DNA of 58,468 nt, from positions 1 through 58,468 of IMG/VR virus record IMGVR_UViG_3300032318_000380; one strand, written 5' to 3'. A model generated the notes under the pieces. That model had not been told where the DNA came from and ran no database searches. It saw only the letters and a list, made by a program, of their open reading frames with translations. Of the stretch, positions 19,952 to 29,381 are shown in pieces. This stretch comes from a virus. Lineage: Duplodnaviria; Caudoviricetes. How positions within the stretch are numbered: position 1 is the stretch's first letter; each line of letters begins with the position of its first letter. Made by a program: the position numbers and the translations under genes.

Positions 19952-22324
19952 TTACCCCACAAGACCCGGCTTCGGCTTCTTACCCGGCCCCTTTGGCGCA
20001 GGAGACGGTTCAGGCTTCAGCACTTGCTGCATTGCGATCTTCGCCATGTCACCTTCCAGCATGGCCTTCTCATGGTCCATCTGGAGGGCGTCACGCTGCA
20101 AGTTTACCATTGCAAGCTTCTCGCGGCTGTCGCGCTCCGCTGCACGGTTCTCACCGTCAATGGAGATGTCCTTATCGTCCACTTCAAGCTGCTTCTGCTT
20201 CATGGTCAGGTCCATGCGGTCATTCTCCGCACTCATCAGGTCCGCCTGAGCATTCAGCATGTCCGCCGGGTTCTGCGCCTGACCCTGCGGACCCATCTGG
20301 GTTTCCATGGCGGTCTTCTGGGCCTGAGCCATGGTCAGGGCGACATCCGCCTTGGTACGCATGGTTTCGTTAACGACTTCAGACTTGACCTTCTCAATGC
20401 CTGCCATGGCTTCCATAGCCTGCGGAGACGGGTTACCCTGATCCTTCTTGACGAACTCATCCGGGTTGTAGCCGATGGTGCGGATCGCCTGACGGTTGAC
20501 CGCCTGTAGGTCAAACATATCCGGGGCCTGCGATGCCAACTGGATCAGGGCCACCGTCTTCATCATGCGCTGGGTGTGGCTGGCGGTGTTAGGGTCCGCC
20601 TGCGGGATGAGGTAGAAGCTCTCCAGCGCCCTCAGGAACGTCTCCTGATCCCACGGATAGGCGGGGGCATTGTTGCGCTGCCAGAAGCTGTCCGGGTTCT
20701 CGCGGAAGCATTCCTTCAGAAGCTGGAACTCCTCAGCCTGAGCGGCGTGCAGGCGCTTGTGGACGCTGTTCAGTACCTTGGTGGCCTGATCAATCATTGC
20801 CAGTGTGGTGCCTACAGGAGCGTCCTGACGGCCTTCTCCAACCGCCAGTTCAGCGGTGCCGCCAACGCGCTGGCCGTACTGCGAGATGTTCTCTGACATC
20901 TGCATCAGGGCGGACGAAGGCTCCTTGTACGGGAGCGGCATGATGGCATCGCTGATCTTCATGCCGTTGGTCTTGACCGTGGCAGAGCCGCCGGGAGGCA
21001 CGCGGAAGATGTTGCTGTTCTGGCGCGCACCCTGCTCTGCAATGAGGAAGCCGGGGAAGGCGGCAAACATGCCAGCGTCCAGCAGTTCCCGCCATGTGGC
21101 CGTAAGCGCGTTAGTGGTGTTGCCCAGAATGTGCAGGAGGCCGATGTCATAGAAGCCCAGACCCGGCACGAACGGATACTTGACGAATACCTTCTTGGCG
21201 GTCGGGAGCCTGTCTTCCTGCTTGTAGTTCCGCACCACACTCAGGATTTGGCGGCTGGAGGCATCAATCGTGACGCGGTACGGGACTTCCAAACCAGACG
21301 GCTTGCCCTTCCATTTGTGTTCGTAGCCAGCAATGTCCAGTTCGCAGTAGCACTCGTAAATCTCGCGGTCACGGTCCTCATGGTTCATCACCGTGTTGGA
21401 GATGCCCTGCTGTGCGTTCTTCTCTTCCTTCGCAGCGTTAAGCTTAGGTTCCTGCGGCTCAGACAGAGCGATGTCGCGGTAAGCGCCAAGGATTTGCATG
21501 CGCTTTACAACAGACGGGCGCATCATGATGCGATGCGTGATCCGCTTGGCGCTCTCAAGGTCGGTTGCCGCGTTGTTAACGATCAGGTCTTCAGCATCAA
21601 TGCTCTCAGACACCGGGCGGTTGCGGAGCGGGCAGTAGTAAACCTTCTTGAAGCCATCGCCGCCAAAGCCGACCATGAACAGCATGCGGTCGGTATCCGG
21701 GTAGTATTCGGACGCCGTGACCGTCAGGTAATGGTTCATGTCCTTCTCAAGGGCCGCCGCAAGCTCATCTAGCTCAACGCCAGAGTTGTTGCTGTCATCC
21801 CTGATCTTGACGGGGCCATCTGTAGGCAGGAGTTCGGAGCGGGCATTTGCCTGAAAACGCAGAACGGCCTCAAGCAGAAGCGGGTGGCGGACCTTGCTCA
21901 TGCCTTCAACGGGTGCGCCATCGCTTGTACCCTGCACGCCCGGAAGCTCAATCTTCAGGCCCAGCAGCTTCAGCCCCTGAGCGCGATCCTCAAGCCAGTC
22001 TGAGCGGGTCTGGATGTCCGCCTCAATGCCGCGCAGAAGTTCTTCCGCGATCCGGCTTAGTTCAAGGTCGCTGATGTCATCGGCTAGGTTGTCGTACCAT
22101 CCGGTGGGTTCGTCGGGGGCGGAGGCGCGACTGATTGGTCCTCCGTCAATAGAGACGGTGACATCGCCGTTCGCGTGTTGGATACGCAGGACATTCCCTG
22201 CCTCGTCCAGTTCTGTGTCTGAGCCGCCTTCATCCGCGTCAATAACGACAATATCATCTAGGATGCTCTCCTCTTCCATGTCTGGGATAAGGCGGATGTT
22301 GGGGTTGAGGCCGGGAACAGCCAT
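19952..22324 (-). CDS. Portal protein
   Basis: 790 aa directly after terL; 'HPLLLEAVLRFQA.A..ELLP..GPVK', 'FVKYPFVPGLGFY..GL.H', 'PVGTTLAMI'. Confidence 0.9.
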   Translation of the reverse strand: MAVPGLNPNIRLIPDMEEESILDDIVVIDADEGGSDTELDEAGNVLRIQHANGDVTVSIDGGPISRASAPDEPTGWYDNLADDISDLELSRIAEELLRGIEADIQTRSDWLEDRAQGLKLLGLKIELPGVQGTSDGAPVEGMSKVRHPLLLEAVLRFQANARSELLPTDGPVKIRDDSNNSGVELDELAAALEKDMNHYLTVTASEYYPDTDRMLFMVGFGGDGFKKVYYCPLRNRPVSESIDAEDLIVNNAATDLESAKRITHRIMMRPSVVKRMQILGAYRDIALSEPQEPKLNAAKEEKNAQQGISNTVMNHEDRDREIYECYCELDIAGYEHKWKGKPSGLEVPYRVTIDASSRQILSVVRNYKQEDRLPTAKKVFVKYPFVPGLGFYDIGLLHILGNTTNALTATWRELLDAGMFAAFPGFLIAEQGARQNSNIFRVPPGGSATVKTNGMKISDAIMPLPYKEPSSALMQMSENISQYGQRVGGTAELAVGEGRQDAPVGTTLAMIDQATKVLNSVHKRLHAAQAEEFQLLKECFRENPDSFWQRNNAPAYPWDQETFLRALESFYLIPQADPNTASHTQRMMKTVALIQLASQAPDMFDLQAVNRQAIRTIGYNPDEFVKKDQGNPSPQAMEAMAGIEKVKSEVVNETMRTKADVALTMAQAQKTAMETQMGPQGQAQNPADMLNAQADLMSAENDRMDLTMKQKQLEVDDKDISIDGENRAAERDSREKLAMVNLQRDALQMDHEKAMLEGDMAKIAMQQVLKPEPSPAPKGPGKKPKPGLVG

Positions 22325-22515
22325 TAGATAGCCCTCGCTGATTGGGTTACGAGGCTGTCCATAGCCTCCACGCGGCGGATTGCTTCCATAGCCGCATCTT
22401 TATCAGAATTTGCGTCAATATTGAAGATGAATGGCGTATCAACGCCTTCAGCGTGAGCTTCCACCGTGTACTTGCAGCCACACTGGCTGGTGATGAAAGC
22501 CTGCACGCGGAGCAT
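22324..22515 (-). CDS. Hypothetical protein
   Basis: 63 aa ORF filling the terL-portal gap. Confidence 0.5.
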   Translation of the reverse strand: MLRVQAFITSQCGCKYTVEAHAEGVDTPFIFNIDANSDKDAAMEAIRRVEAMDSLVTQSARAI

Positions 22516-22526
22516 GTTAATGACCT

Positions 22527-24125
22527 TTATACTGGATATAGAGGTGTATCACCTGAATTGCCTTTGAATGCAAGACCGTCAGACAATTCCGCCGTGCGCT
22601 CAGAGCCGCGCATTAACATCCCGGTCGTGCGGAGGAAGCGCAGGGCCTGCGTAACCGTATCCACGAGGTCATCGTTCTTGGCTTTAGGGAAGCTGGCGCA
22701 CTCCGTCACAACCATGTCCGCCCATGAGAAGTTAAGGGGAGCGTAAATAAGATCATCGGCGAACAGGTGCTGCACGCTGTAGGCTCGCGCTACCTTGTCC
22801 TGCCCCTTGGGGTCCATCAACTGGAGGCCCCAGTCCTCGTAGCCGTACACGCGGCGGATTTCCTGCGCAACGCTGATGCCCGTGGCCTTGTTCTCCACTA
22901 ACATATTGTCAACTTTGAATTTGCGCGCGGTGGTGGCGATCTTCTCAACAAGCTCATGGAACTCAAGCTTGGCCCGCCATGCGTTCATTAACATAACGCG
23001 CGGGACTTCGTTCTCATCCTCAAATACACCCCAGACCGTCATGGCGGAATAGTCGTTCTCTTCCTTGGCGGTGTAGGCGGTATCAATGGACGCCAGCACA
23101 TAGCTGACTTCCGGGTAGTTCTCGCGGTCCCAGTCCTTCCACCAGTCGCGCTTCAGGATGCCGCCGCCCTTTGGCTCCGGGCGCTGCTGTAGCTGACCTG
23201 CCGCTTGGAATGGCCCTAGCTGACGTTCCAAGCGCGCTACAGAGGTTTCGTCGTACCGCTCAGGGGTAAGTAGCTCACCCTCATCCTCGCGCGGGTCTTC
23301 CCAGCCAATAGCGTTGGGATACAGCACGGCGGCGCGATCCCGCTCATAGCGCATGGGCAGCATGAGATGCACCCAGTCCTGACCCGCATCGCTGCTCAGG
23401 ATGTGGCCCGTCAGGTCTTCCTCGTGCAGTCTCTGCATGACTAGGATGATTGCGCCAGTGCGCGGGTTGTTAAGGCGGGTGCTGAGTGAGTTGTCAAACC
23501 ACTCCAGTGTGCTGGTGCGGACGGTCTCGCTCTCCGCCTCCACAGCGTTGTGCGGATCGTCAATGATGATGATGCCGCCGCCTTCACCTGTCAGCGTGCC
23601 GCCAACGGATGTTGCAAGCCTGTAGCCGCCCTGATTGTTGTCAAAGCGGGTCTTGGTGTTCTGGTCAGTCGTGATGCTGACGCGGTTGCCCCAGTACTTT
23701 TGATACCATGGGCTTTCAATGAGGCGGCGGGTCTTGACGCTATCACGGATGGACAGGTTCTGCGCATATGAGGCATGCAAAAACTGCACACCGGGGCCAG
23801 ATGTGTCGGTCTTCTCAGCCTGCGCCCAAACCCACGGGTCAAAGGCTACCAGCATGGATGACTTGGATGTGCGCGGTGGTTGGTTAATGATCAGGCGGGT
23901 GATCTGGCCGTCCCTGACCGCCTCCAAATGCTCTGCAATGGCCCCAAGGTGCCAACTGTCTACATAAGGGTTAGGGTCAATATACCGCCAGCCAGCCTTC
24001 AGGAACTCGTACAGGCTGCTTTCGTAGTAGGCGGCCTCAATGTCCCGCATTGTGCCGTCAACGTCTACGGGCCTGCTGGGGTCAACAGGGAAGAACTGGC
24101 TTAGGCTCTTGGGGTCAATCAGCAT
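22527..24125 (-). CDS. terL: Terminase large subunit
   Basis: RLIINQPPRTSKS (Walker A variant), TGEGGGIIIIDDPH (Walker B), VMQRLHEEDLTG, nuclease SIDTA...VENKATG...NDDLVD. Confidence 0.95.
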   Translation of the reverse strand: MLIDPKSLSQFFPVDPSRPVDVDGTMRDIEAAYYESSLYEFLKAGWRYIDPNPYVDSWHLGAIAEHLEAVRDGQITRLIINQPPRTSKSSMLVAFDPWVWAQAEKTDTSGPGVQFLHASYAQNLSIRDSVKTRRLIESPWYQKYWGNRVSITTDQNTKTRFDNNQGGYRLATSVGGTLTGEGGGIIIIDDPHNAVEAESETVRTSTLEWFDNSLSTRLNNPRTGAIILVMQRLHEEDLTGHILSSDAGQDWVHLMLPMRYERDRAAVLYPNAIGWEDPREDEGELLTPERYDETSVARLERQLGPFQAAGQLQQRPEPKGGGILKRDWWKDWDRENYPEVSYVLASIDTAYTAKEENDYSAMTVWGVFEDENEVPRVMLMNAWRAKLEFHELVEKIATTARKFKVDNMLVENKATGISVAQEIRRVYGYEDWGLQLMDPKGQDKVARAYSVQHLFADDLIYAPLNFSWADMVVTECASFPKAKNDDLVDTVTQALRFLRTTGMLMRGSERTAELSDGLAFKGNSGDTPLYPV

Positions 24126-24257
24126 GGCGGTTTCGGCTGTTGCTTCACCCCTACATAGCCGTCAAACGGTCCATTGTAAATGCAGCGTAGTGTACTCTCT
24201 TCCCGCCAACATTGCTTGCAGACCGGGCAGCGCATAGGGATCATGACAGGCGCGGCC

Positions 24258-24455
24258 TTATTCATCCCGCCTCCCAGCAGTCCAGTTCTTCTGCATCCTG
24301 ACATCGTGGTTGGGTATGCACCAAATCTCACGGCTTTTGTTAACGGCAACCACCCAGATCAGGTCTGCCTCAAAGCCATAGTCAATGACGGCAAATGCCC
24401 AGCCATCGCCCTTGGCGGTTGCCAGCGGGATTGGCGGCTCAAGTCTTGTGATCAT
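24258..24455 (-). CDS. Hypothetical phage protein
   Basis: 65 aa 'LEPPIPLATAKGDGWAFAVIDYG...IW' with ATGA coupling to upstream gene. Confidence 0.6.
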   Translation of the reverse strand: MITRLEPPIPLATAKGDGWAFAVIDYGFEADLIWVVAVNKSREIWCIPNHDVRMQKNWTAGRRDE

Positions 24456-25054
24456 GCCTGCCTCGCCATCCTGCGCCCGAATACCAGACCGGAGCGCGCC
24501 AAGTGATGTGCTGCCTCGCCTTCCGCCAGCTTGCGGACACGGATGGTATCATCATCCAACAGGGCAAAGCCGCGCTGGCCCATCTGCTCTATCCAGTAAC
24601 TGTCGGGCTGAAGGTTAACATGATGATGCCCAACCTGCCCCGGCTCACCGTGAGACATGATAATGACGTCACCGTTGCAGAGCGTCATCATCAGATTGTT
24701 GATGTGGGACGGGTCAATATGCTCAACGACTTCCTGACAGTGGACAAGGTCCACCGGGCAGGTAAACGGAGCGAGCGTGATGTCGTGCATGACGGTCGGA
24801 TAGAAGGCGCTGGCAACATTCTGCTCTTCAGCGTCTATGGCTACTGTGGCGCACCCATGCTTGTAGAACCATGCGGCGGCATGACCTCTCCCTGACCCAA
24901 CATCCAGAACAGACCTGACGGCGAAGCGGTCCATCATGTACCGCCAGACACGCGGAGCGAACGTCCAAGGATCGCCCTGCCAAAGATTGCCGCCTTTGTG
25001 CGGGTGATCTTCGTTAACAACAAAGTCATAGTTCATCGTCTTTCTGTCTCCCAC
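24452..25054 (-). CDS. Class I SAM-dependent methyltransferase (non-DNA type)
   Basis: SVLDVGSGRG motif I; DLVHCQEVVEHI; PGQVGHHHVN; no DPPY/NPPY or PC motif. Confidence 0.8.
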   Translation of the reverse strand: MGDRKTMNYDFVVNEDHPHKGGNLWQGDPWTFAPRVWRYMMDRFAVRSVLDVGSGRGHAAAWFYKHGCATVAIDAEEQNVASAFYPTVMHDITLAPFTCPVDLVHCQEVVEHIDPSHINNLMMTLCNGDVIIMSHGEPGQVGHHHVNLQPDSYWIEQMGQRGFALLDDDTIRVRKLAEGEAAHHLARSGLVFGRRMARQA

Positions 25055-25397
25055 TTCTGGTCACCGTAAGTCGCAGGCCCAGTACGTTAAGGCAAGCCTG
25101 CAAGTTATCAATGCTGGGGACGGCGCGGGCGCGTTCTCCGCCGTCTGCGTCGAGGGCATGACGGAATGGGTCGCCAAACCTACCCAACCTGCGGCACCCT
25201 TCAGCTTGTTCGGCGTACCACTTCAGCGCCGCCCGCAGCCGTTCCACATCACGCCTGTATTCCTCAAGGTCTATGGCGTTCTGTTCCACCTCTGCTGTGA
25301 GGCGGGTGATCTCCGCCAGAGCTTCCTCAGTTCCATCAAGGCCAAGACTAATGTCAAGCTCAATGACCTTGCGAAGTACGTCTGAAATATCACTCAT
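25026..25397 (-). CDS. Hypothetical protein (possibly chimeric)
   Basis: 123 aa; coiled-coil N-part, XRE-HTH-like tail. Confidence 0.5.
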   Translation of the reverse strand: MSDISDVLRKVIELDISLGLDGTEEALAEITRLTAEVEQNAIDLEEYRRDVERLRAALKWYAEQAEGCRRLGRFGDPFRHALDADGGERARAVPSIDNLQACLNVLGLRLTVTRSGRQKDDEL

Positions 25398-25669
25398 GCT
25401 TGCGCCCCCTGTTCACGAACTGAACCCACTTGATCATAATCCACAGGATCACCGCCTCCAGCCCGTATGCCAACCAAAGCCGCATTTACATACCCCCTTA
25501 TCATTGGTGAACCCCAACGCCCGATACGCTGAAGCGCAAGGCGAAGGCGGGAGGTTTCCGCCATAAGTTCTACGTTGCGTTTGTCTGCTGCCTTCAGTTC
25601 CGCCAGTAGCTTCTGGACTTGCCCGCTTAGGGCGCTGTTAACGGCCTCAAGGTTCAGGTCTTTCGTCAT
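25394..25669 (-). CDS. Hypothetical coiled-coil protein
   Basis: 91 aa, GGAG SD, coupled to neighbours. Confidence 0.5.
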   Translation of the reverse strand: MTKDLNLEAVNSALSGQVQKLLAELKAADKRNVELMAETSRLRLALQRIGRWGSPMIRGYVNAALVGIRAGGGDPVDYDQVGSVREQGAQA

Positions 25670-25853
25670 ACGTCAATTCTCCCTGATGCTTCGGAGTGTA
25701 ATGTACAAAATGACGTTCACCGTCAGGGTGAAAGTATATCACAACGCAAATGTTAACGTCTTCCAGAGACCGCTGGAGGGTGACGATTTCCACAGTCTTC
25801 TCACAGAGGGGGCATCTGAGGATTGGGGGCGGTCCCTGCATCACCAGTCCCAT
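25647..25853 (-). CDS. Hypothetical protein
   Basis: 68 aa with CPLC, overlapping neighbours. Confidence 0.4.
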   Translation of the reverse strand: MGLVMQGPPPILRCPLCEKTVEIVTLQRSLEDVNICVVIYFHPDGERHFVHYTPKHQGELTYDERPEP

Positions 25854-26053
25854 GAGGCATCCAGCGCGCTGTAGTAGTCCACATACGCCTGCAAGATGGG
25901 GTCAAGCTCTTCCTCCAGTGCCACCATGACACTATGGCGGTCCATGAGCGGTGGGTCTGCCGCTTCGCCTGACTGCATCACTGCATGGAAGGACTTCTGA
26001 GCCTGCCGCACCTTGTAGGCCAGCATGATGACCTCAATGGGCGTGAGGGTCAT
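25841..26053 (-). CDS. Hypothetical protein
   Basis: 70 aa, GAGG SD, follows terS. Confidence 0.55.
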   Translation of the reverse strand: MTLTPIEVIMLAYKVRQAQKSFHAVMQSGEAADPPLMDRHSVMVALEEELDPILQAYVDYYSALDASWDW

Positions 26054-26055
26054 GG

Positions 26056-26637
26056 CTATGTTTCCTCTGTGGCTGGGTTGATGTCTTCTGCTTCCTGCTG
26101 GGCCTTGATGACCTGTAGGGCCTGATAGAGAGCCGCCTGTGCCTCTGGGGGCAGGGAGCGGGTGTCTATGACCTGTGGCGGGATAAGGGGCTGGCCGTCA
26201 CCGCCAGTGACCTCAGTGACCTTTACATCGCCCCACTTCTTGCGGCGGAGCTTGCCCATGACCCACTTGCGGGCTTCCACGCTTTCCTTGCGCTGGCCCA
26301 GTTCCGCATTAACGAAGTCAGGGTGCCGCCCATCTATGATGTCCAACAGTTCCTCTGCCATCATGTCCTGCTGAAGTTCCTTCGCACGCGCGTAACGTGC
26401 TGAAAAATCAGGGTTTGACGCAGCGTAAACCATCAACGTATCCACGCTGGGGAACGGCTTGCCCTTGTAGTCCTCATCCCTTGCCATGGCGACAATCGCG
26501 CGCAAGCTATGGCCTGCTATGATCTTCTCTAGGATGTAGTCTTCAAGCTCCGGTGTCCACTGAAACGGAGGGCGTCCGCGCTTCTTGAGCGCAACCACAT
26601 TGTCCTTTGTAGGCTTGTCAGTCATGCGAAGCATCAT
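26056..26637 (-). CDS. terS: Terminase small subunit (Sf6/P22-like)
   Basis: 'RGRP...WTPEL...I..G.SLRAI...PS..T......NPDFSARYARAKE....AEELLDI.D...RKW...K..RKKWGD'. Confidence 0.8.
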   Translation of the reverse strand: MMLRMTDKPTKDNVVALKKRGRPPFQWTPELEDYILEKIIAGHSLRAIVAMARDEDYKGKPFPSVDTLMVYAASNPDFSARYARAKELQQDMMAEELLDIIDGRHPDFVNAELGQRKESVEARKWVMGKLRRKKWGDVKVTEVTGGDGQPLIPPQVIDTRSLPPEAQAALYQALQVIKAQQEAEDINPATEET

Positions 26638-26664
26638 ACCGCATTTTTCTGACTTTTGCGCTGG

Positions 26665-26754
26665 TTATCCCCAAGAAAGGTGTTGACGATCATCACCAAT
26701 TGGGCGTAGGACAGTGGTCATAGGCCGCTGGTGGCCCCCACACAGGAGACTACG
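26665..26754 (+). promoter_or_regulatory. Early promoter cassette 1
   Basis: TTATCCCCA; TTGACG(26683); CATCACCAATTGGG(26691); hairpin GGCC..GGCC; CCACACAGGAG SD. Confidence 0.75.
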
Positions 26755-27087
26755 ATGACGAAGACCCTGATCAACCGCGAAACCTTCACCGCCTCTGGCG
26801 AGGCTGTCACCCGGACCCTTGATAGCGGCTACAGCTTCACCTACACCCCCGGCACGGTTGAAGTCACCCTGCGCGGTCAGACGAAGCGGATTGAGGCCAA
26901 GCTGTTTGGCGAGAACGATATCTGCGCCTACGGTCTGGTCGGTCGGTATCAGAGCGCCAGCAAGCTCTGGCCTGCTCACATTTCCTCTCGGCTCCGGGGC
27001 GGCAAGCCGATTGAGGATGTCAGGTTTGGCCGCGATGACAATCACCCCAAATTCCGCAAAGAGAACAACGTCTGGTTTGAGGAGTAA
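26755..27087 (+). CDS. Early hypothetical protein
   Basis: ATG 26755 after AGGAG; followed by terminator. Confidence 0.75.
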   Translation: MTKTLINRETFTASGEAVTRTLDSGYSFTYTPGTVEVTLRGQTKRIEAKLFGENDICAYGLVGRYQSASKLWPAHISSRLRGGKPIEDVRFGRDDNHPKFRKENNVWFEE

Positions 27088-27090
27088 TCA

Positions 27091-27116
27091 GAGGGGCTTC
27101 GGCCCCTTTTTCTTTT
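27091..27116 (+). terminator. Intrinsic terminator
   Basis: AGGGGC-TTCG-GCCCCT TTTTCTTTT. Confidence 0.85.
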
Positions 27117-27125
27117 ACATGGCTG

Positions 27126-27194
27126 TTGACACCCGTCACCAATTGGGTGTATGGAACTAGGCATAGGCCGCTTACGGCCCCCACGGAGGATGTT
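27126..27194 (+). promoter_or_regulatory. Early promoter cassette 2
   Basis: TTGACA(27126); CGTCACCAATTGGG(27134); CATAGGCCG..CGGCC hairpin; CCACGGAGG SD. Confidence 0.75.
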
Positions 27195-27488
27195 ATGACG
27201 AAGCTGATCACGAAGTATGATGCGACCAACGAGTTGTGGTTCGCTTATGACAACCCGGTAGAAAACGAAAGCTCGCGCATCGGTCAGGGTTCCAGCCCGG
27301 AGGATGCCTGCTCTGACTTCTGGTATCAGGTCCACGGCGATGTCGCTGAACTGGGCTACGACGAAGACACTGAGCATTGGGGTCTCTGGCAGGGCTGCTA
27401 CCGCGCGGCCTTCCCGACGAAGGAAGAGGCCATCGCCTACGCTAACAGCCGTGAGTGGCAGATCAATCACTGGAGGAACCTCGCATGA
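27195..27488 (+). CDS. Early acidic hypothetical protein
   Basis: ATG 27195 after GGAGG. Confidence 0.7.
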   Translation: MTKLITKYDATNELWFAYDNPVENESSRIGQGSSPEDACSDFWYQVHGDVAELGYDEDTEHWGLWQGCYRAAFPTKEEAIAYANSREWQINHWRNLA

Positions 27489-27640
27489 ACAAGTTCACAC
27501 TGGGCATCTACAAAACCCATGCCGCCGCCGTTGAGGGCCTGACCCTCTGGCTGGATGTCTACGCCGAAGATGACCTGTCCATTGAGTTTGATGGGTCCAG
27601 CTACCTGCTCAAGGTCCGCCAGAGCGATGACCTTCTCTAG
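27485..27640 (+). CDS. Early small hypothetical protein
   Basis: ATGA-coupled start at 27485 with GGAGG SD. Confidence 0.55.
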   Translation: MNKFTLGIYKTHAAAVEGLTLWLDVYAEDDLSIEFDGSSYLLKVRQSDDLL

Positions 27641-27718
27641 GGAAACTCTCCCGCCACCAGTTGCGGCTGGTGGCGTGGGGGCAAGCCCGCCCAAGAATGT
27701 TAACTTATGAGGTATGTC

Positions 27719-28339
27719 ATGACCGCTGTTACTACGCTCCCCGTTGATCTTTTGAAAGCCGCCCTTGTGTGCTGCTCCACTGAGGAAACCCGCTACTACC
27801 TGAATGGCGTTTGCATTTCGCCGTCCGGGCATATTGTTTCTACGGATGGACACCGCCTGTTTGCTGGGCGGTACGCCGATGCTCCGGTTGAGGGCGACAT
27901 CATCATCCCATTGGATGCCGTCAAGAAGGCCCTGACCGGGTACAAGCTGACAGACATTGAACTGCGCGATGCCCGAAAGACTGGCGGCCCCTGTTCTTTG
28001 GGAACTGTCATCTTCACCCCGGTGGATGGCACGTTCCCCGACTGGAGGCGCATTTTGCCCACGGGCAACGGCAAGGAATACACGCCTGATCCCGACCGCC
28101 CTGAAGACGCTCCGGGAAAAATCCAATTCAATCCCACCTACTACGGTGATTTGGCGAAGATCAGCAAGGTGCTGACGGGTAAGGCCATAGGTATTCACGT
28201 TCATGTCTGGACCGCCTCCTCTCCCGCTGGCGTGTCGTTTACAGGCCGTGACGATGCCTTGTGCGTCCTGATGCCGCTCCGCTCCAATCACGGCGCATGG
28301 GCGGAAACCCTGAATGCCGTTGTTCCTAACCGCCCTTAA
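27719..28339 (+). CDS. DNA polymerase III beta-clamp-like protein (truncated DnaN-like)
   Basis: 'EETRYYLNGV...VSTDGHRL...DGTFPDWRRILP...FNPTY...VLMPLR' match DnaN middle/C-terminal motifs; about 206 aa. Confidence 0.75.
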   Translation: MTAVTTLPVDLLKAALVCCSTEETRYYLNGVCISPSGHIVSTDGHRLFAGRYADAPVEGDIIIPLDAVKKALTGYKLTDIELRDARKTGGPCSLGTVIFTPVDGTFPDWRRILPTGNGKEYTPDPDRPEDAPGKIQFNPTYYGDLAKISKVLTGKAIGIHVHVWTASSPAGVSFTGRDDALCVLMPLRSNHGAWAETLNAVVPNRP

Positions 28340-28341
28340 CC

Positions 28342-28372
28342 GAGGGGCCTCGCGCCCCTCACCCATTTTTTT
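28342..28372 (+). terminator. Putative intrinsic terminator
   Basis: GAGGGGC-ctcgc-GCCCCTC then T-run. Confidence 0.5.
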
Positions 28373-28384
28373 GGAGATACCGCC

Positions 28385-28648
28385 ATGCAGATCATTGAAA
28401 CGTTTGCCGCACCCAGCACCAAGGCTGGTCGGTTGTACTGGCTCCCCGAGTACATTCGCCTGAGCCGGGATGTTTACGATACCTATACCCGGACAGGGGA
28501 GACCTCTGAGCGGACCCGCCATATCAGCAACTGTGCAACGCGCTGGGGTATCACCCGGCGGTGCGCTGAAGCCATCATCACTAAAGAGGCCCGGTTTGAT
28601 GTGGGCGACCTTTTCATAACTGTAACCAGAGACATTACGGAAGAATGA
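28385..28648 (+). CDS. Hypothetical protein
   Basis: 87 aa, GGAG SD. Confidence 0.6.
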   Translation: MQIIETFAAPSTKAGRLYWLPEYIRLSRDVYDTYTRTGETSERTRHISNCATRWGITRRCAEAIITKEARFDVGDLFITVTRDITEE

Positions 28649-28651
28649 GCC

Positions 28652-28837
28652 ATGTACAATATCCTGATCAATATCAGCCAGTACCCATCCAATGTTCTGG
28701 CCCCCGAGGAGCGGGACTTCTACGGCGCGCTGGAACTGGACGATGTAGAGCCGCCCCTGAGCGAGGGCTATGCCTTTGACCTGATCAACGGACGGGTGTT
28801 CTCCGCCGTCTGGCCGGAAGATGAAATACCTTGGTAG
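28652..28837 (+). CDS. Hypothetical acidic protein
   Basis: 61 aa directly after previous ORF. Confidence 0.5.
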   Translation: MYNILINISQYPSNVLAPEERDFYGALELDDVEPPLSEGYAFDLINGRVFSAVWPEDEIPW

Positions 28838-28881
28838 CACAAGGACATAGTAGCAAATCACCGCGCTAAAGTCACGCAATC

Positions 28882-28922
28882 TAGTCCGCAAATCTGCATC
28901 AGGTTTGCGGACTAACTTTTTC
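28882..28922 (+). terminator. Long hairpin/terminator between convergent genes
   Basis: TAGTCCGCAAATCT...AGGTTTGCGGACTA followed by T-run. Confidence 0.65.
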
Positions 28923-28953
28923 TGATCACCCCTGTTGCATGTTCTCCGTGCAT

Positions 28954-29214
28954 CTAGTTCAGGGTGTTTTCGTTAGACGGTTCTATGCTCAAGTCCTGAA
29001 GCACCTCGCGGATCATCTCCGCATCATCCGGGTTGTCGTTGACGATTGCATCAATCGCCTCACTGCATAGGCACATGACCGCCCCAATCATTACCGCCCG
29101 CTGTACAGGCGGCAAGTCCATGAACTCCCTGAGCGCCGTCAGCTTGACGCCCGGAGCAATTTCATCAGGCAGTTGCATAATATCAATTCTGGCTAAAATT
29201 TCTGCGCGGCTCAT
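28954..29214 (-). CDS. Hypothetical protein
   Basis: 86 aa, AGGAGG SD, divergent from promoter cassette 3. Confidence 0.65.
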   Translation of the reverse strand: MSRAEILARIDIMQLPDEIAPGVKLTALREFMDLPPVQRAVMIGAVMCLCSEAIDAIVNDNPDDAEMIREVLQDLSIEPSNENTLN

Positions 29215-29265
29215 TCGGGCCTCCTGTTCTTATCATCATAGCATGATTTGCTGGCAGTTTTCACG

Positions 29266-29381
29266 TTTTCCACATTTTTACATTTTTTGCTGTGGAGGGG
29301 GTTGACCCTCATCACCAATTGTGAGATACAAACTTCACGAACTGAGGCGCGGTGCTTCAGTCCCAACCACAGGAGCTACCA
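29266..29381 (+). promoter_or_regulatory. Early promoter cassette 3
   Basis: TTTTCCACA(29266); TTGACC(29302); CATCACCAATTGTG(29310); ACTGAGGC..GCTTCAGT hairpin; CCACAGGAG SD. Confidence 0.7.

Noticed and set aside
27467-28891. 474-aa minus-strand ORF
   Set aside because: Spans several plus-strand genes that have SDs and terminators; no recognisable motifs
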